Below are positions 34,609 through 43,937 of a stretch of 64,000 nt of DNA, one piece after another (position 1 is the stretch's first letter; the number at the start of each line of letters is the position of its first letter). The stretch is from an uncultured Chloroflexia bacterium. GTDB taxonomy: Bacteria; Chloroflexota; Limnocylindria; Limnocylindrales; CSP1-4. Both the position numbers and the translations under genes were made by a program. The notes beneath the pieces are model-generated. The model ran no database searches and was not told the DNA's origin. It saw nothing but the letters and a program-made list of their open reading frames with translations. The stretch is from assembly GCA_963704935.1 (NCBI GenBank), contig CAVPIF010000003.1:154888-218887 (forward strand), read 5' to 3'.

Positions 34609-36507
34609 TCAGGCCGGTTGCGGGTTGGTTTCCGGGATGGGCTGACCGGGACCGACCAGGGTCGGGTGGCCGCGATCCTGCGGCTTCGGCGGCAGGTCCG
34701 TGAAGAACGTCTCGAACTCCTCGGCGTCGACGGTCTCCTCGGCGACAAGCCGCTCCGCCAGCGCCACCAGGCGGTCCCGGTGGGTGGTCAGGACGTCCGT
34801 GGCCCGCTCGTACGCCTTGTCGATGATCGCCCGAGTCTCCTCGTCGATCTGGCGGGCGACATCGTCGCTGTAATTGCGCTGCTCACCGATCTCGCGTCCG
34901 AGGAAGACGAGCTCGTCGCGCTTCCCGAACGAGAGCGGCCCGAGCTTGTCGCTCATCCCGAATTCGGTGACCATGCGCCGGGCCAGGTCGGTCGCCTTCT
35001 CGATGTCGTTGCTGGCGCCCGTCGTCGTGTCGCCGAAGATCATCCGTTCGGCGACATTGCCGGCAAGCAGCCCGGCGATCTTGTCCTCGAACTCGGTCTT
35101 GGACTGGAGGTAGCGGTCCTCCTGGGGAAGGGCCATCGTGTAGCCGAGGGCCATGCCACGGCTGATGATGGTGACCTTGGCGACCGGATCGCACTTGGGC
35201 AGGATGCGCTGCACGATGGCGTGGCCGCCCTCGTGGTAGGCGATGATCGCCTTCTCCGCGTCGCTGATGACGCGCGACTTGCGCTCCGGGCCGGCGATGA
35301 TCCGCTCCAGGGCCTCCTGGAACTCGGACATCCCGATGACCTTCTTGTTGCGCCGGGCGGACAGGATGGCCGCCTCGTTGACGAGGTTGGCGAGGTCCGC
35401 ACCGGAGAAGCCCGGCGACTGCTTTGCCACGCCTTCGACATCGACGCCCTTGTCGAGCGGCTTGCCCTTCGTATGGACGCGCAGGATCTCGGTCCGGCCG
35501 CGCATGTCCGGTCGGTCCAGGATCACCTGCCGGTCGAACCGACCCGGGCGCAGCAGGGCCGGGTCCAGGACGTCCGGCCGGTTCGTGGCGGCGACCACGA
35601 TCACGTTCGTGTTCGTGTCGAACCCGTCCATCTCGACGAGGATCTGGTTGAGGGTCTGCTCGCGTTCGTCGTGGCTGCCGCCGAGGCCCGCCCCGCGCTG
35701 GCGGCCGACGGCGTCGATCTCGTCGACGAAGACGATGCACGGCGAGTTGCGCTTGGCCTGTTCGAACAGGTCACGGACGCGGCTGGCGCCGACACCGACG
35801 AACATCTCGACGAACTCGGAGCCCGAGATGCTGAAGAACGGCACGGCGGCCTCACCCGCCACCGCGCGGGCCATCAGCGTCTTGCCCGTACCGGGAGGTC
35901 CCACGAGCAGGACGCCGCGCGGGATGCGGGCGCCGAGCGAATTGAACTTCTCGGGGAACTTCAGGAACTCGACGACCTCCTGGAGCTCCATCTTCGCCTC
36001 GTCGACGCCGGCCACGTCGGCGAACGTGACGACCGTCTTGCTGCCGAGGAACATCCGGGCGCGACTCTTGCCGAAACTCATCGCCTGGTTGTTGGTGCCC
36101 TGGGCCTGGCGCATCATGAAGAAGATGAATCCGCCGATGATCAGCAACGGCAGGACGGCGGTCAGGAGCAGGCCGAGCCACGACGTATCGGGCGCGGGTT
36201 CCGCGGTGTAGACCGACGCGCTCAGCTTCACGCCGCCTTTCTGGGCGGCCGCCTGCATGTCGCCATAGACGTCCTGGAGCACGCTCGGCACGATGACCTG
36301 GTACTTCCGGCCCGACGCGTCGACCTCCAGCGTCGTGCCCGCCTGGACGACCTTGGTCACCTTGTTGGCCTCGACGTCGGAGAGGAACTCGGAATAGCCG
36401 ATCGCGGTCGGCGGTGAGCTCGTGGAGATCCAGGTGAACAGCAGCGCTGCCGTCCCTACGACGAGGACGAGCATCACGATGCCGTTCCGGAAGAACTTCG
36501 GGTTCAA
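34609..36507 (-). CDS. ftsH: ATP-dependent zinc metalloprotease FtsH
   Basis: 632 aa with two N-terminal TMs, an AAA+ module ([16 protein letters not shown]) and the zinc motif HEGGH. Confidence 0.98.
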   Translation of the reverse strand: MNPKFFRNGIVMLVLVVGTAALLFTWISTSSPPTAIGYSEFLSDVEANKVTKVVQAGTTLEVDASGRKYQVIVPSVLQDVYGDMQAAAQKGGVKLSASVYTAEPAPDTSWLGLLLTAVLPLLIIGGFIFFMMRQAQGTNNQAMSFGKSRARMFLGSKTVVTFADVAGVDEAKMELQEVVEFLKFPEKFNSLGARIPRGVLLVGPPGTGKTLMARAVAGEAAVPFFSISGSEFVEMFVGVGASRVRDLFEQAKRNSPCIVFVDEIDAVGRQRGAGLGGSHDEREQTLNQILVEMDGFDTNTNVIVVAATNRPDVLDPALLRPGRFDRQVILDRPDMRGRTEILRVHTKGKPLDKGVDVEGVAKQSPGFSGADLANLVNEAAILSARRNKKVIGMSEFQEALERIIAGPERKSRVISDAEKAIIAYHEGGHAIVQRILPKCDPVAKVTIISRGMALGYTMALPQEDRYLQSKTEFEDKIAGLLAGNVAERMIFGDTTTGASNDIEKATDLARRMVTEFGMSDKLGPLSFGKRDELVFLGREIGEQRNYSDDVARQIDEETRAIIDKAYERATDVLTTHRDRLVALAERLVAEETVDAEEFETFFTDLPPKPQDRGHPTLVGPGQPIPETNPQPA

Positions 36508-36715
36508 GTGGGAGCCTCCGGGGTAGCCGGACGCCGACCGTGCGGCATCACGTGCAGGCGAGTATAGCGGCGGGGGCCGGAACGCACCCCCTGACGGACG
36601 TCCCGGTCCGTCCTTCCATACGGACGCCTGCGGTGGACGGATGGCTCCGCTCCGAGAGGTGAAGGAATCGACACGACCCCCGGCCGCTCCGGAGTGTCGT
36701 GATGGGGTCGCGAGA

Positions 36716-36790
36716 TGGTAGCGGAGGGCGGATTTGAACCACCGACCAAGGGCTTATGAGTCCCCTGCTCTACCACTGAGCTACTCCGCC
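36716..36790 (-). tRNA. tRNA with CAT anticodon (Met; an Ile2-lysidine identity cannot be excluded)
   Basis: A 75-nt cloverleaf read by hand: GGCGGAG-TA-GCTC-AGTGGTA-GAGC-A-GGGGA-CTCATAA-GCCCT-TGGTC-GGTGG-TTCAAAT-CCGCC-CTCCGCT-A-CCA. CCA is encoded. There is a G1-U72 wobble and an A31-G39 mismatch. Confidence 0.85.
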
Positions 36791-36826
36791 GTGGAGCGCG
36801 ATTCTACCGCACCCCCGCGAGGGCGA

Positions 36827-37729
36827 CTACCGGGCGAAGGTGTCGCAGTCGTCGACGTTCCCGCTCCGGTATCCCGTGGTGAACCAGGCGGTCCGCTGCG
36901 CCGCAGAACCATGGGTCCACGACTCCTTGTCGATCCGACCACCGGTCGACTGCTGGATCCGGTCGTCGCCGACGGCCGACGCTGCGCTCAGGGCTTCGTC
37001 GATGTCCCCGGCCTCGAGGTCGGAGGCCGCCGAGTGGGCCCACACGCCGGCCAGGCAGTCGGCCTGGAGTTCCTGGCGGACCGATAGGTCGTTGCGTCGC
37101 GACGAGTCCTGCCCGGCCTGTTGCTGGACCGCGTCCGACACGCCCAGCACGGTCTGGATGTGATGACCGAACTCATGCGCCACGACGTAGGCGATGGCGA
37201 AGTCGCCGCCGCTGGCCCCGAATCGGGATTCCAGCTCCGCGAAGAAGCCCAGATCGAGATAGACCTTCTGGTCGGCGGGGCAGTAGAAGGGGCCGGTCGC
37301 CGCGGACGCCGACCCGCAGCCGGACTGGGTGGCACCGTCGAACAGGACGAGCCTGGTCTCCGGGTAGTCGCGCCCGGCCGCGCTGAACGTGGCGGCCCAG
37401 TGGTCCTGGATGTCGCTGACGACGTAGGCGAGGAACTGGTCCGTGTCGCTCTGCGGCTTGAGGGTCCCACCCGGCTGGACAGCCCCTGCGCCGCCGAGCC
37501 CGGACAGGCCCGACAGCCCGCCGCTACCGCCCAGGACACCGCTGACCAGCAGGAACAGCACGACGACGACGATGATCCCGCCGAGCCCACCGCCGGTGCG
37601 GCCGCCCGGGATCGGGATCGGCAGACCAGCGCCGCCGCCACCGAGCGTCCCGCCCAGGCCGCCGCTGCCGCGGCCCTGTCCACGCCGATCCTCGATCTGG
37701 TCGAAGCCGGTGTTGCGCTTCCATTTCAT
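36827..37729 (-). CDS. YpfJ-family putative neutral zinc metallopeptidase
   Basis: N-terminus KWKRNTGFDQIEDRRG, a Gly-rich TM region and HEFGHH (HExxH). Confidence 0.85.
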   Translation of the reverse strand: MKWKRNTGFDQIEDRRGQGRGSGGLGGTLGGGGAGLPIPIPGGRTGGGLGGIIVVVVLFLLVSGVLGGSGGLSGLSGLGGAGAVQPGGTLKPQSDTDQFLAYVVSDIQDHWAATFSAAGRDYPETRLVLFDGATQSGCGSASAATGPFYCPADQKVYLDLGFFAELESRFGASGGDFAIAYVVAHEFGHHIQTVLGVSDAVQQQAGQDSSRRNDLSVRQELQADCLAGVWAHSAASDLEAGDIDEALSAASAVGDDRIQQSTGGRIDKESWTHGSAAQRTAWFTTGYRSGNVDDCDTFAR

Positions 37730-37813
37730 CGCCCGATCGCCTCGTCACGCGTCATCATCGGTGACAGGCTACGACAGCACCCGCGTCGGCGCCGGTGAGG
37801 TCGACCGCGGACG

Positions 37814-38332
37814 TCAGACGACCTCGTGAAGCCGGCCCGTCGCGACGTCGAAGATCAGCCCGTGGATCGGCACCGGACGGATGAGCTGGTGCTCCCTGAG
37901 GATCGTGACCTGGGCCCGGACGTTGGCCTCCAGGTCGCCGAACGAACCGAATTCGAGTGCGACATCCTCCGCGTTGACGCCGACCGACGCCGCCAGGCCC
38001 TCGCGGATGACGCGCTCATCGACCCCGTGCAGGCCGCAGCCTGTGTGTTCGATGACGACGACCTCGTTCGTACCGAGCAACTGCTGGCTGACGATCAGCG
38101 ACCGGATGACGTCATCGGTCACCAGGCCACCGGCGTTGCGGATGACGTGGGCGTCGCCGGTCCGCAGGCCCAGCGCCTCCTCCACGTCGAGTCGCGCGTC
38201 CATGCAGGCGATGATCGCCAGACCGGACAGCGGTGCGGCCGTGAGCGCGGAGCGATCGAACGCCTCCGTATAGCGGACGTTCTCCTGCAGGAGCCGCGCG
38301 TATTCGGTCGCCGCCCGCTCCGGGTCGCTCAC
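37814..38332 (-). CDS. beta-class carbonic anhydrase
   Basis: CMDARL (CxDxR) and HTGCG (HxxC) zinc ligands. 172 aa. Confidence 0.9.
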   Translation of the reverse strand: MSDPERAATEYARLLQENVRYTEAFDRSALTAAPLSGLAIIACMDARLDVEEALGLRTGDAHVIRNAGGLVTDDVIRSLIVSQQLLGTNEVVVIEHTGCGLHGVDERVIREGLAASVGVNAEDVALEFGSFGDLEANVRAQVTILREHQLIRPVPIHGLIFDVATGRLHEVV

Positions 38333-38371
38333 GCCGACCCGGCGTGAGCGGGCACGGGGATCGCAGGCACG

Positions 38372-40327
38372 CTATGCGCTCCGGCCGCTGCCGTAGCGAT
38401 CGATCAGCTCGCCGATCGTCATCGCGCCGTAACGCTCGCCGAGGCGCTCACGAGCCATCCGCCACATCGTTCGGAGAGGGCGCGGGCCGCTGCGCTCAAG
38501 CTCGGCCAGTCGTACGCCGCCGAACCGCTCGATCCCGGGGACGGCGCGGAGGTCCCCGGCGAGTCGCCGCGCCGCGTCGTCCAGGGTCGTCTCGCGGTCG
38601 ATCGCGGCTGATGCGGGGCGAGCCGGGCCCGCGGCCGTATCCGTGCGGGCCGGTGGCGGTGCGGCGGCGGTCCGCAGTGCCCGATCCGCGTCGGCGAGCG
38701 CGGCGTCGATCGCCTCGGGCGTCGTGAAGCGCGGCGGTGCGACCGTGGTCACCGGCGCCGGTGTCGCCCCGCCACCCCTGGTCGTCGCGGCGCCGCCCGG
38801 CATCGTCGGCAGTCCCGATCCTGTCGAGCCGGACGCCGATGCCCGTGGGCCGCTGGTCGACGAGCCGCCGGCTGGACCGCCGGAGCCACCGCTGCCTCCC
38901 CTGGGCTTCGGCCGAGGCGTGGTCCGGGTCGGCGTCGGCTGGTCGTCACTGCCCGTTCCGACTGCCTTGCCGAGCAGGTCCGGGATGTCGATGCCGGTCA
39001 GGCCCTTCACCGTGGCGCTTGCCTCGGTCACCGTCCGCGTCACGTTCTTGACCAGGTCGGACGCCCCGTCCGTCGACAGGACGGTCAGCTGGTCGATATT
39101 GCCCATCGGCTCGGCGGCCGCGCGGACGATCTCCGGCAGCATGGACAGGACCGTCTGGATGATGGCCGCCTCGTTGAACTGCCGGTACGCCTCCGCCCGG
39201 AGGGCCAGGGCCTTGGCTTCTGCCTCGCCCTTGGAGAGGACGATGCCGGCTTCGGCCGTTCCTTCGAGGGTCGTCTGTTTGGCGGTCGCCTCGGCGGTCA
39301 CTTCGACGACGCGCGCCTGCGCTTCGCCCGCGAGCTTGACCCGTTCGGCATCGGCCTGGGCCTGGGCGATCATGGCGCCCTTCGCACCTTCCGCTCGACG
39401 GATCTGCGCCGCCGCTTCGGCCTCGGCCGGCCGGACGGTCGTCGCGACCAGCTCCTGCTGCTTGCGATCCGCCTCCAGCTGGGCCAGCTCGGTCTGCTTG
39501 CGGGTGACTTCCTGGGTCGCCTCCGCCTCGGCGAGCGGCCCGGCCTGTGCCGCCCGAGCCTGGGCCGCAGCCGTCTGGGTCTCGGTCTCCGCGCGGCGCA
39601 GGGCCACGTCCCGCTGGGCGTTGATCTTGACCTGCTCCGCCTCCGCCTCGCGCACGGCGGCTTCCTGGTCGGCGGATGCCTTGGCCATCCGGGCATCGCG
39701 CTCGCGGCGAGCGGTCTCCTGCTGGCCGATCAGCTCCATGTACCCCGATTCGTCGCGGATCGCCTGGATCGTGAACGAATCGATCTGGAGGCCGGATGTC
39801 GAGAGGTCGCCCTTGGCCGCATCCTGGACGGCCTGCTGGAACTTCATGCGGTCGAGGTTCAGCTCCTCGACCGTCAGCGTGCCGACGATCGACCGCAGCG
39901 AACCTTCGAGGACGTTCTTGACGATCGAGTCGACCTCGGCCTCCTGTGCCTCCAGGAACCGTTCGGCGGCGTTGCGGATCGACTCGTCGTCGGCACCGAT
40001 CTTGAACGTGGCAACACCCTGGACGGCGACCTTGATCCCTTGCCGGGTGACTGCGTCCGCCAGGTTCACGTTGATCTGGCGGGCAGTCAGCTTGAGCTTG
40101 CCGACCTTGTGGACGAGCGGCAGGACGATGACCCCGCCGCCACGGACGACCTTGAGGTTCTTGTGACCGTCCGGCGATCGATCGCGCTGACCCGAGACGA
40201 TCAGGGCCTCGTTGGCTCCGGCGACCTTGTAGCGACTCCCGATGTAGCTGACGATCAGGACGACGACGATGATGATCAGGAAGATCGGGATCACGCCCGC
40301 CCCGATGAAGTCGATGATGTCAGGCAT
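38372..40327 (-). CDS. flotillin-like SPFH protein with a long C-terminal extension
   Basis: Start trimmed to ATG 40327 (MPDIIDFIGAGVIPIFLIII). SPFH core, then an EA-rich coiled coil (AEAEQVKINAQRDVALRRAETE...). A 193-aa extra tail follows. Confidence 0.88.
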   Translation of the reverse strand: MPDIIDFIGAGVIPIFLIIIVVVLIVSYIGSRYKVAGANEALIVSGQRDRSPDGHKNLKVVRGGGVIVLPLVHKVGKLKLTARQINVNLADAVTRQGIKVAVQGVATFKIGADDESIRNAAERFLEAQEAEVDSIVKNVLEGSLRSIVGTLTVEELNLDRMKFQQAVQDAAKGDLSTSGLQIDSFTIQAIRDESGYMELIGQQETARRERDARMAKASADQEAAVREAEAEQVKINAQRDVALRRAETETQTAAAQARAAQAGPLAEAEATQEVTRKQTELAQLEADRKQQELVATTVRPAEAEAAAQIRRAEGAKGAMIAQAQADAERVKLAGEAQARVVEVTAEATAKQTTLEGTAEAGIVLSKGEAEAKALALRAEAYRQFNEAAIIQTVLSMLPEIVRAAAEPMGNIDQLTVLSTDGASDLVKNVTRTVTEASATVKGLTGIDIPDLLGKAVGTGSDDQPTPTRTTPRPKPRGGSGGSGGPAGGSSTSGPRASASGSTGSGLPTMPGGAATTRGGGATPAPVTTVAPPRFTTPEAIDAALADADRALRTAAAPPPARTDTAAGPARPASAAIDRETTLDDAARRLAGDLRAVPGIERFGGVRLAELERSGPRPLRTMWRMARERLGERYGAMTIGELIDRYGSGRSA

Positions 40328-40877
40328 TGTCGGTCCCTCCCTCGCTCGCGGCCGGGGGGTCGACCGGCGCGGCTGCTTCGACGATGAGTCCGGCGCCCGC
40401 GACGCCGGACACCTTGACGACGCGCCCGGCCGGGATGTCGGCAGACGACGTGGCGCTGAATTCGTGGGTCTGTCCCTCTGCCTTGACCAGGACGCTGCCG
40501 TGTCGACCGGCCGGGATCCCCACCTGGACGTAGGCGTCCCGGCCGACGAGGTCTGCCGTCGAGAACGGCTCCAGTGCCTCGGCGCGCCGAAGGGCACTGA
40601 AGATCCCGTAGGCGATGCCGAGCCCGACGACACCGAAGCCGCCGCCCCACGCGGCGGCCTGGCCACCGTGCACGTCCAGGACCTGCGTCGCGAACAGGCC
40701 GCCGACCCCGAACATCGACACGAACGACAGGAGCAGCGGCATCAGCGATACGCCGCCCACGTCGAAGTCGAAGATGGCGCCCAGGATGTCGTCGACGAGG
40801 ACGGTGATCAGCAGCAGGCCGCCGCCGATCAGCGCACAGACGACGAAGATGAAGTCCTCGATCGGGATCTCGAACAT
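40320..40877 (-). CDS. NfeD-like (YqiJ/YuaF-type) membrane protein with C-terminal OB domain
   Basis: ATG 40877 (MFEIPIEDFIFVV), TM helices, and a C-terminal beta-rich block GRDAYVQVGIPAGRHGSVLVKAEGQTHEFSATS. An 8-nt overlap with the flotillin start. Confidence 0.7.
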   Translation of the reverse strand: MFEIPIEDFIFVVCALIGGGLLLITVLVDDILGAIFDFDVGGVSLMPLLLSFVSMFGVGGLFATQVLDVHGGQAAAWGGGFGVVGLGIAYGIFSALRRAEALEPFSTADLVGRDAYVQVGIPAGRHGSVLVKAEGQTHEFSATSSADIPAGRVVKVSGVAGAGLIVEAAAPVDPPAASEGGTDNA

Positions 40878-40969
40878 CGCGGCTGCCCGCCCTCCCCTGG
40901 CCGGTGCGATCGCTCCGGGACGCAAGGATAGCGACCCCGCCGCGCTCCGCGCGGCCGAACCTCAGCGAA

Positions 40970-41551
40970 TCAGCCTGACGGCCCGAACAGGACGGTGAGC
41001 CAGCGCTCCAGCGGCGTGACGGGTTCCCCGCCCGCGCCGACCCTGGCGGCGGCCGACCCGGGGGCGTCGGCGGGCAGCGGCGGGGCGTCCGCCGCGAGCG
41101 TGAACGGGATCTCGCGCGAAGTCCCGAGCCCGTAGCCCCGGGCCTGTTGCTCGATGTAGCGCTGGTGACCGATCTGGTCGAGCTCGCGTGCCAGCGTGGA
41201 GATCTCGACTCGCAATCCCGCGTTGGCCGCCGCGATGTCGTCGGCGCGCGCCATGGCGGCCGAAGCGGCCCCGACCTGCCGGGCGAAGACGATGACGATC
41301 CAGGCGGCCACCACGCCGGCGACGATCGTCGCCATCCGCCGTCGGGTGATCCCGGCGATCGGCAGGGCGGCGAGCCCCGGTTCCGTCGCGTCCGGCGCGA
41401 GCGACCGGTCGGCGTCAGGCGCAGTCCCGGGATCGGAGCGGATCGGGTCGGCGTCGACGTCGTCGGGCGGCGCGGAGAAGAGCCGTCGCAACATCGCCGG
41501 GAGCGTAGCTACCCCCAGCTGGCGTGTCAACCCGCGCGGCGTGACAGGCAA
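40970..41551 (-). CDS. FtsB/DivIC-like septum-formation initiator
   Basis: A single TM (IVAGVVAAWIVIVF) followed by a coiled coil and IEQQARGYGLG..EIPF. The start is uncertain; Met 20 is possible. Confidence 0.62.
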   Translation of the reverse strand: MPVTPRGLTRQLGVATLPAMLRRLFSAPPDDVDADPIRSDPGTAPDADRSLAPDATEPGLAALPIAGITRRRMATIVAGVVAAWIVIVFARQVGAASAAMARADDIAAANAGLRVEISTLARELDQIGHQRYIEQQARGYGLGTSREIPFTLAADAPPLPADAPGSAAARVGAGGEPVTPLERWLTVLFGPSG

Positions 41552-41596
41552 CCTGTCACGCGAACGAGCGACGGTACCGCTAGACTGCCGGTCATT

Positions 41597-41612
41597 CCGA
41601 ACAGATGTTCGG
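41597..41612 (+). promoter_or_regulatory. LexA-type SOS (Cheo) box
   Basis: CCGAACAGATGTTCGG is a perfect palindrome matching GAAC-N4-GTTC, 25 nt upstream of the mrfA ATG. It is nested in a larger imperfect palindrome, ATTCCG...CGGAAT. Confidence 0.6.
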
Positions 41613-41636
41613 TACCGGAATCATGGTGGTCCCGAT

Positions 41637-43937
41637 ATGCGCACGTATGCCCCCGCCGACGCGCCGACGGTCCTGTCCGGTCTCCTCGAGGACCCGTCGC
41701 TCGCGCGCGGCGTCGTCCATCACGCCGTGATCCCGGCCCGCTCGCCCGTCCATGCCCCGATGCCGCCGTGGCTCGACTCTCGGATCGTCGCCGGGCTGGC
41801 GGGCCGCGGCATCCGGGAGCTGTACAGCCACCAGGCGGAGGCGATCGATGCCGTCCATGCCGGCGAGGACGTGGTGGTGGTCACTCCGACGGCCTCCGGC
41901 AAGACCCTGTGCTACGCCCTGCCGGCCCTGCAGGCGATCGCCGAGGATCCGTCCGCGCGCGCCCTCTTCCTGTTCCCCACCAAGGCGCTCGGCCAGGACC
42001 AGGTGACGGAGTTCGGCGAGCTCTCGGCGGCGGCCGGGCTTTCCATCGTCACGTCCACCTACGACGGCGACACTCCCGCCCCGATCCGTTCGGCCATCCG
42101 TGCGGCCGGCCAGGTCGTCGTCACGAACCCGGACATGCTCCACTCGGCGATCCTGCCGCATCACACCAAGTGGTTCCAGCTGTTCGAGCAACTCCAGCTC
42201 ATCGTGGTCGACGAGCTGCACACCTACCGCGGGGTGTTCGGCGGGCACGTCGCCAACGTCCTGCGACGATTGCTCCGCATCTGCGCCCACTACGGCAGCC
42301 ACCCCGTCATCGTCTGCTGCTCGGCGACCATCGGGAACCCGGGTGAGCTCGCGGAGATGCTGACCGGGCGCCGGAGCCGCCTCGTCGACACGAACGGCGC
42401 CCCGGCCGGCGAGCGGCACGTGCTGCTCGTCGATCCGCCCGTGATGGAGCCCGCGAGCGGCGCCCGCGGGTCCGCCGAGACGCTGGCCCAGCGCTGGGCA
42501 CTCCCCTTCCTGCGCGCCGGTCGCCAGACGATCGTCTTCGGGCGGTCACGCGTGGCCGTCGAGATCCTGCTCACCGGCCTGCGCGAATCGATGCGCGAGA
42601 GCTACGGCCCACGCTCGCGCGTTCGCGGCTATCGCGGCGGATACCTGCCGACCGAGCGACGCGCCATCGAGCGCGGCCTGCGAGACGGCGAGATCCTTGG
42701 CGTCGTCGCGACGAACGCCCTCGAGCTGGGGGTCGATATCGGGCGGCTGGATGCGGCGATCCTGGCGGGATATCCGGGCTCGGTCGCCTCGACCTGGCAG
42801 CAGATCGGGCGCGCGGGTCGGCGCCTGGAGACCAGCGTCGCGATCCTGGTCGCCTCGGGCGCACCGGTGGACCAGTACGTCATCCACCACCCGGAGTTCC
42901 TCCTCGACGCGACCCCGGAAGAGGCCCGGCTGGACCCGGACAACCTTCATGTCCTGCTCGCCCACCTGCGTGCCGCCACCTTCGAGCTGCCCTTCGAACC
43001 GGGCGAGGTGTTCGGGCCTGGTCCGGCCGACGATCTGCTGGCGTTCCTTGCCGAGGAGCGTCACGTCCGGCAGGCGGACGACGGCCGCTGGTACTGGTCC
43101 AGCGAGAACTTCCCGGCCTCGGAGATCTCGCTGCGGACGGCCGCCCCGGAGAACGTCGTGATCATCGACACCACACCGGACCGTCCCCGCGTCCTGGGCG
43201 AGGTGGACCTGTTCAGTGCCCAGGTCCTCGTCCATGAGCGGGCGATCTACCTCCACGAGTCGGTCCAGTACTACGTCGACCGGCTCGAGTGGGGCGAGCG
43301 CAAGGCCTACGTCCACCGCATCGATGCGGACCACTACACGTACGCCAACCGCGCGGTCACGCTCAAGCCGCTCGAGATCTTCGCCGAGGCCCCCGCCACC
43401 GGCGGCCGGCGGCTCCACGGCGAGGTGATGGTCGCGAGCCTCGTCACGCTGTTCAAGAAGCTCAAATTCGTCACCGACGAGAACGTCGGCTGGGGCCCGA
43501 TCGACCTCCCGGAGCTGGAGCTCCAGACCACGGCGTACTGGCTCACGGCAGTGGGCGTCCGCGACCACTGGCGTCGCGACGACCTGGACATCGCCCTGCT
43601 CGGGACAGGTCGCGCCATCCAGACCATCGCCTCCGTGCTGTTGATGGGCGACCCCCGCGACCTTGGACTCGTCACCCAGGTCCGCTCACCTCACGGGGAG
43701 GAGCCGACGATCTACCTGTACGAGGCGGTGCCCGGAGGGATCGGCCTGGCGGAACGACTGTGGCAGCGGCACGACGAGCTGATCGACGGGGCTGCCCAGC
43801 TGATCGCCGGCTGCGATTGCGAGGGCGGCTGTCCCGCCTGCACGGGACCACGCCTGGAACCCGGCGTTGACGCCAAGGCGCTCGCCCAGCGACTGCTCGC
43901 CGGCCTGGGCGCCCGCCCGCCGCTCGTTCCCGCGTGA
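41637..43937 (+). CDS. mrfA: DEAD/DEAH-box helicase with C-terminal DUF1998 zinc domain (MrfA/YprA family)
   Basis: 766 aa with motif I TPTASGKT, motif II DELH and motif III SAT. Helicase-C, then a C-terminal CDCEGGCPACTG. Confidence 0.87.
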   Translation: MRTYAPADAPTVLSGLLEDPSLARGVVHHAVIPARSPVHAPMPPWLDSRIVAGLAGRGIRELYSHQAEAIDAVHAGEDVVVVTPTASGKTLCYALPALQAIAEDPSARALFLFPTKALGQDQVTEFGELSAAAGLSIVTSTYDGDTPAPIRSAIRAAGQVVVTNPDMLHSAILPHHTKWFQLFEQLQLIVVDELHTYRGVFGGHVANVLRRLLRICAHYGSHPVIVCCSATIGNPGELAEMLTGRRSRLVDTNGAPAGERHVLLVDPPVMEPASGARGSAETLAQRWALPFLRAGRQTIVFGRSRVAVEILLTGLRESMRESYGPRSRVRGYRGGYLPTERRAIERGLRDGEILGVVATNALELGVDIGRLDAAILAGYPGSVASTWQQIGRAGRRLETSVAILVASGAPVDQYVIHHPEFLLDATPEEARLDPDNLHVLLAHLRAATFELPFEPGEVFGPGPADDLLAFLAEERHVRQADDGRWYWSSENFPASEISLRTAAPENVVIIDTTPDRPRVLGEVDLFSAQVLVHERAIYLHESVQYYVDRLEWGERKAYVHRIDADHYTYANRAVTLKPLEIFAEAPATGGRRLHGEVMVASLVTLFKKLKFVTDENVGWGPIDLPELELQTTAYWLTAVGVRDHWRRDDLDIALLGTGRAIQTIASVLLMGDPRDLGLVTQVRSPHGEEPTIYLYEAVPGGIGLAERLWQRHDELIDGAAQLIAGCDCEGGCPACTGPRLEPGVDAKALAQRLLAGLGARPPLVPA

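Noticed and set aside
36493-36505. GAAC-N5-GTTC at the ftsH start, and a similar GAAC-N5-GTTC at 22982-22994, considered as extra SOS boxes.
   Set aside because: The spacing is 5 rather than 4 and both lie inside or at the edge of coding sequence. They do not match the Cheo-box geometry.
36504-36776. 90-aa and 64-aa ORFs between ftsH and the YpfJ-like gene.
   Set aside because: They overlap the tRNA(CAU) gene and its flank. No coding features.
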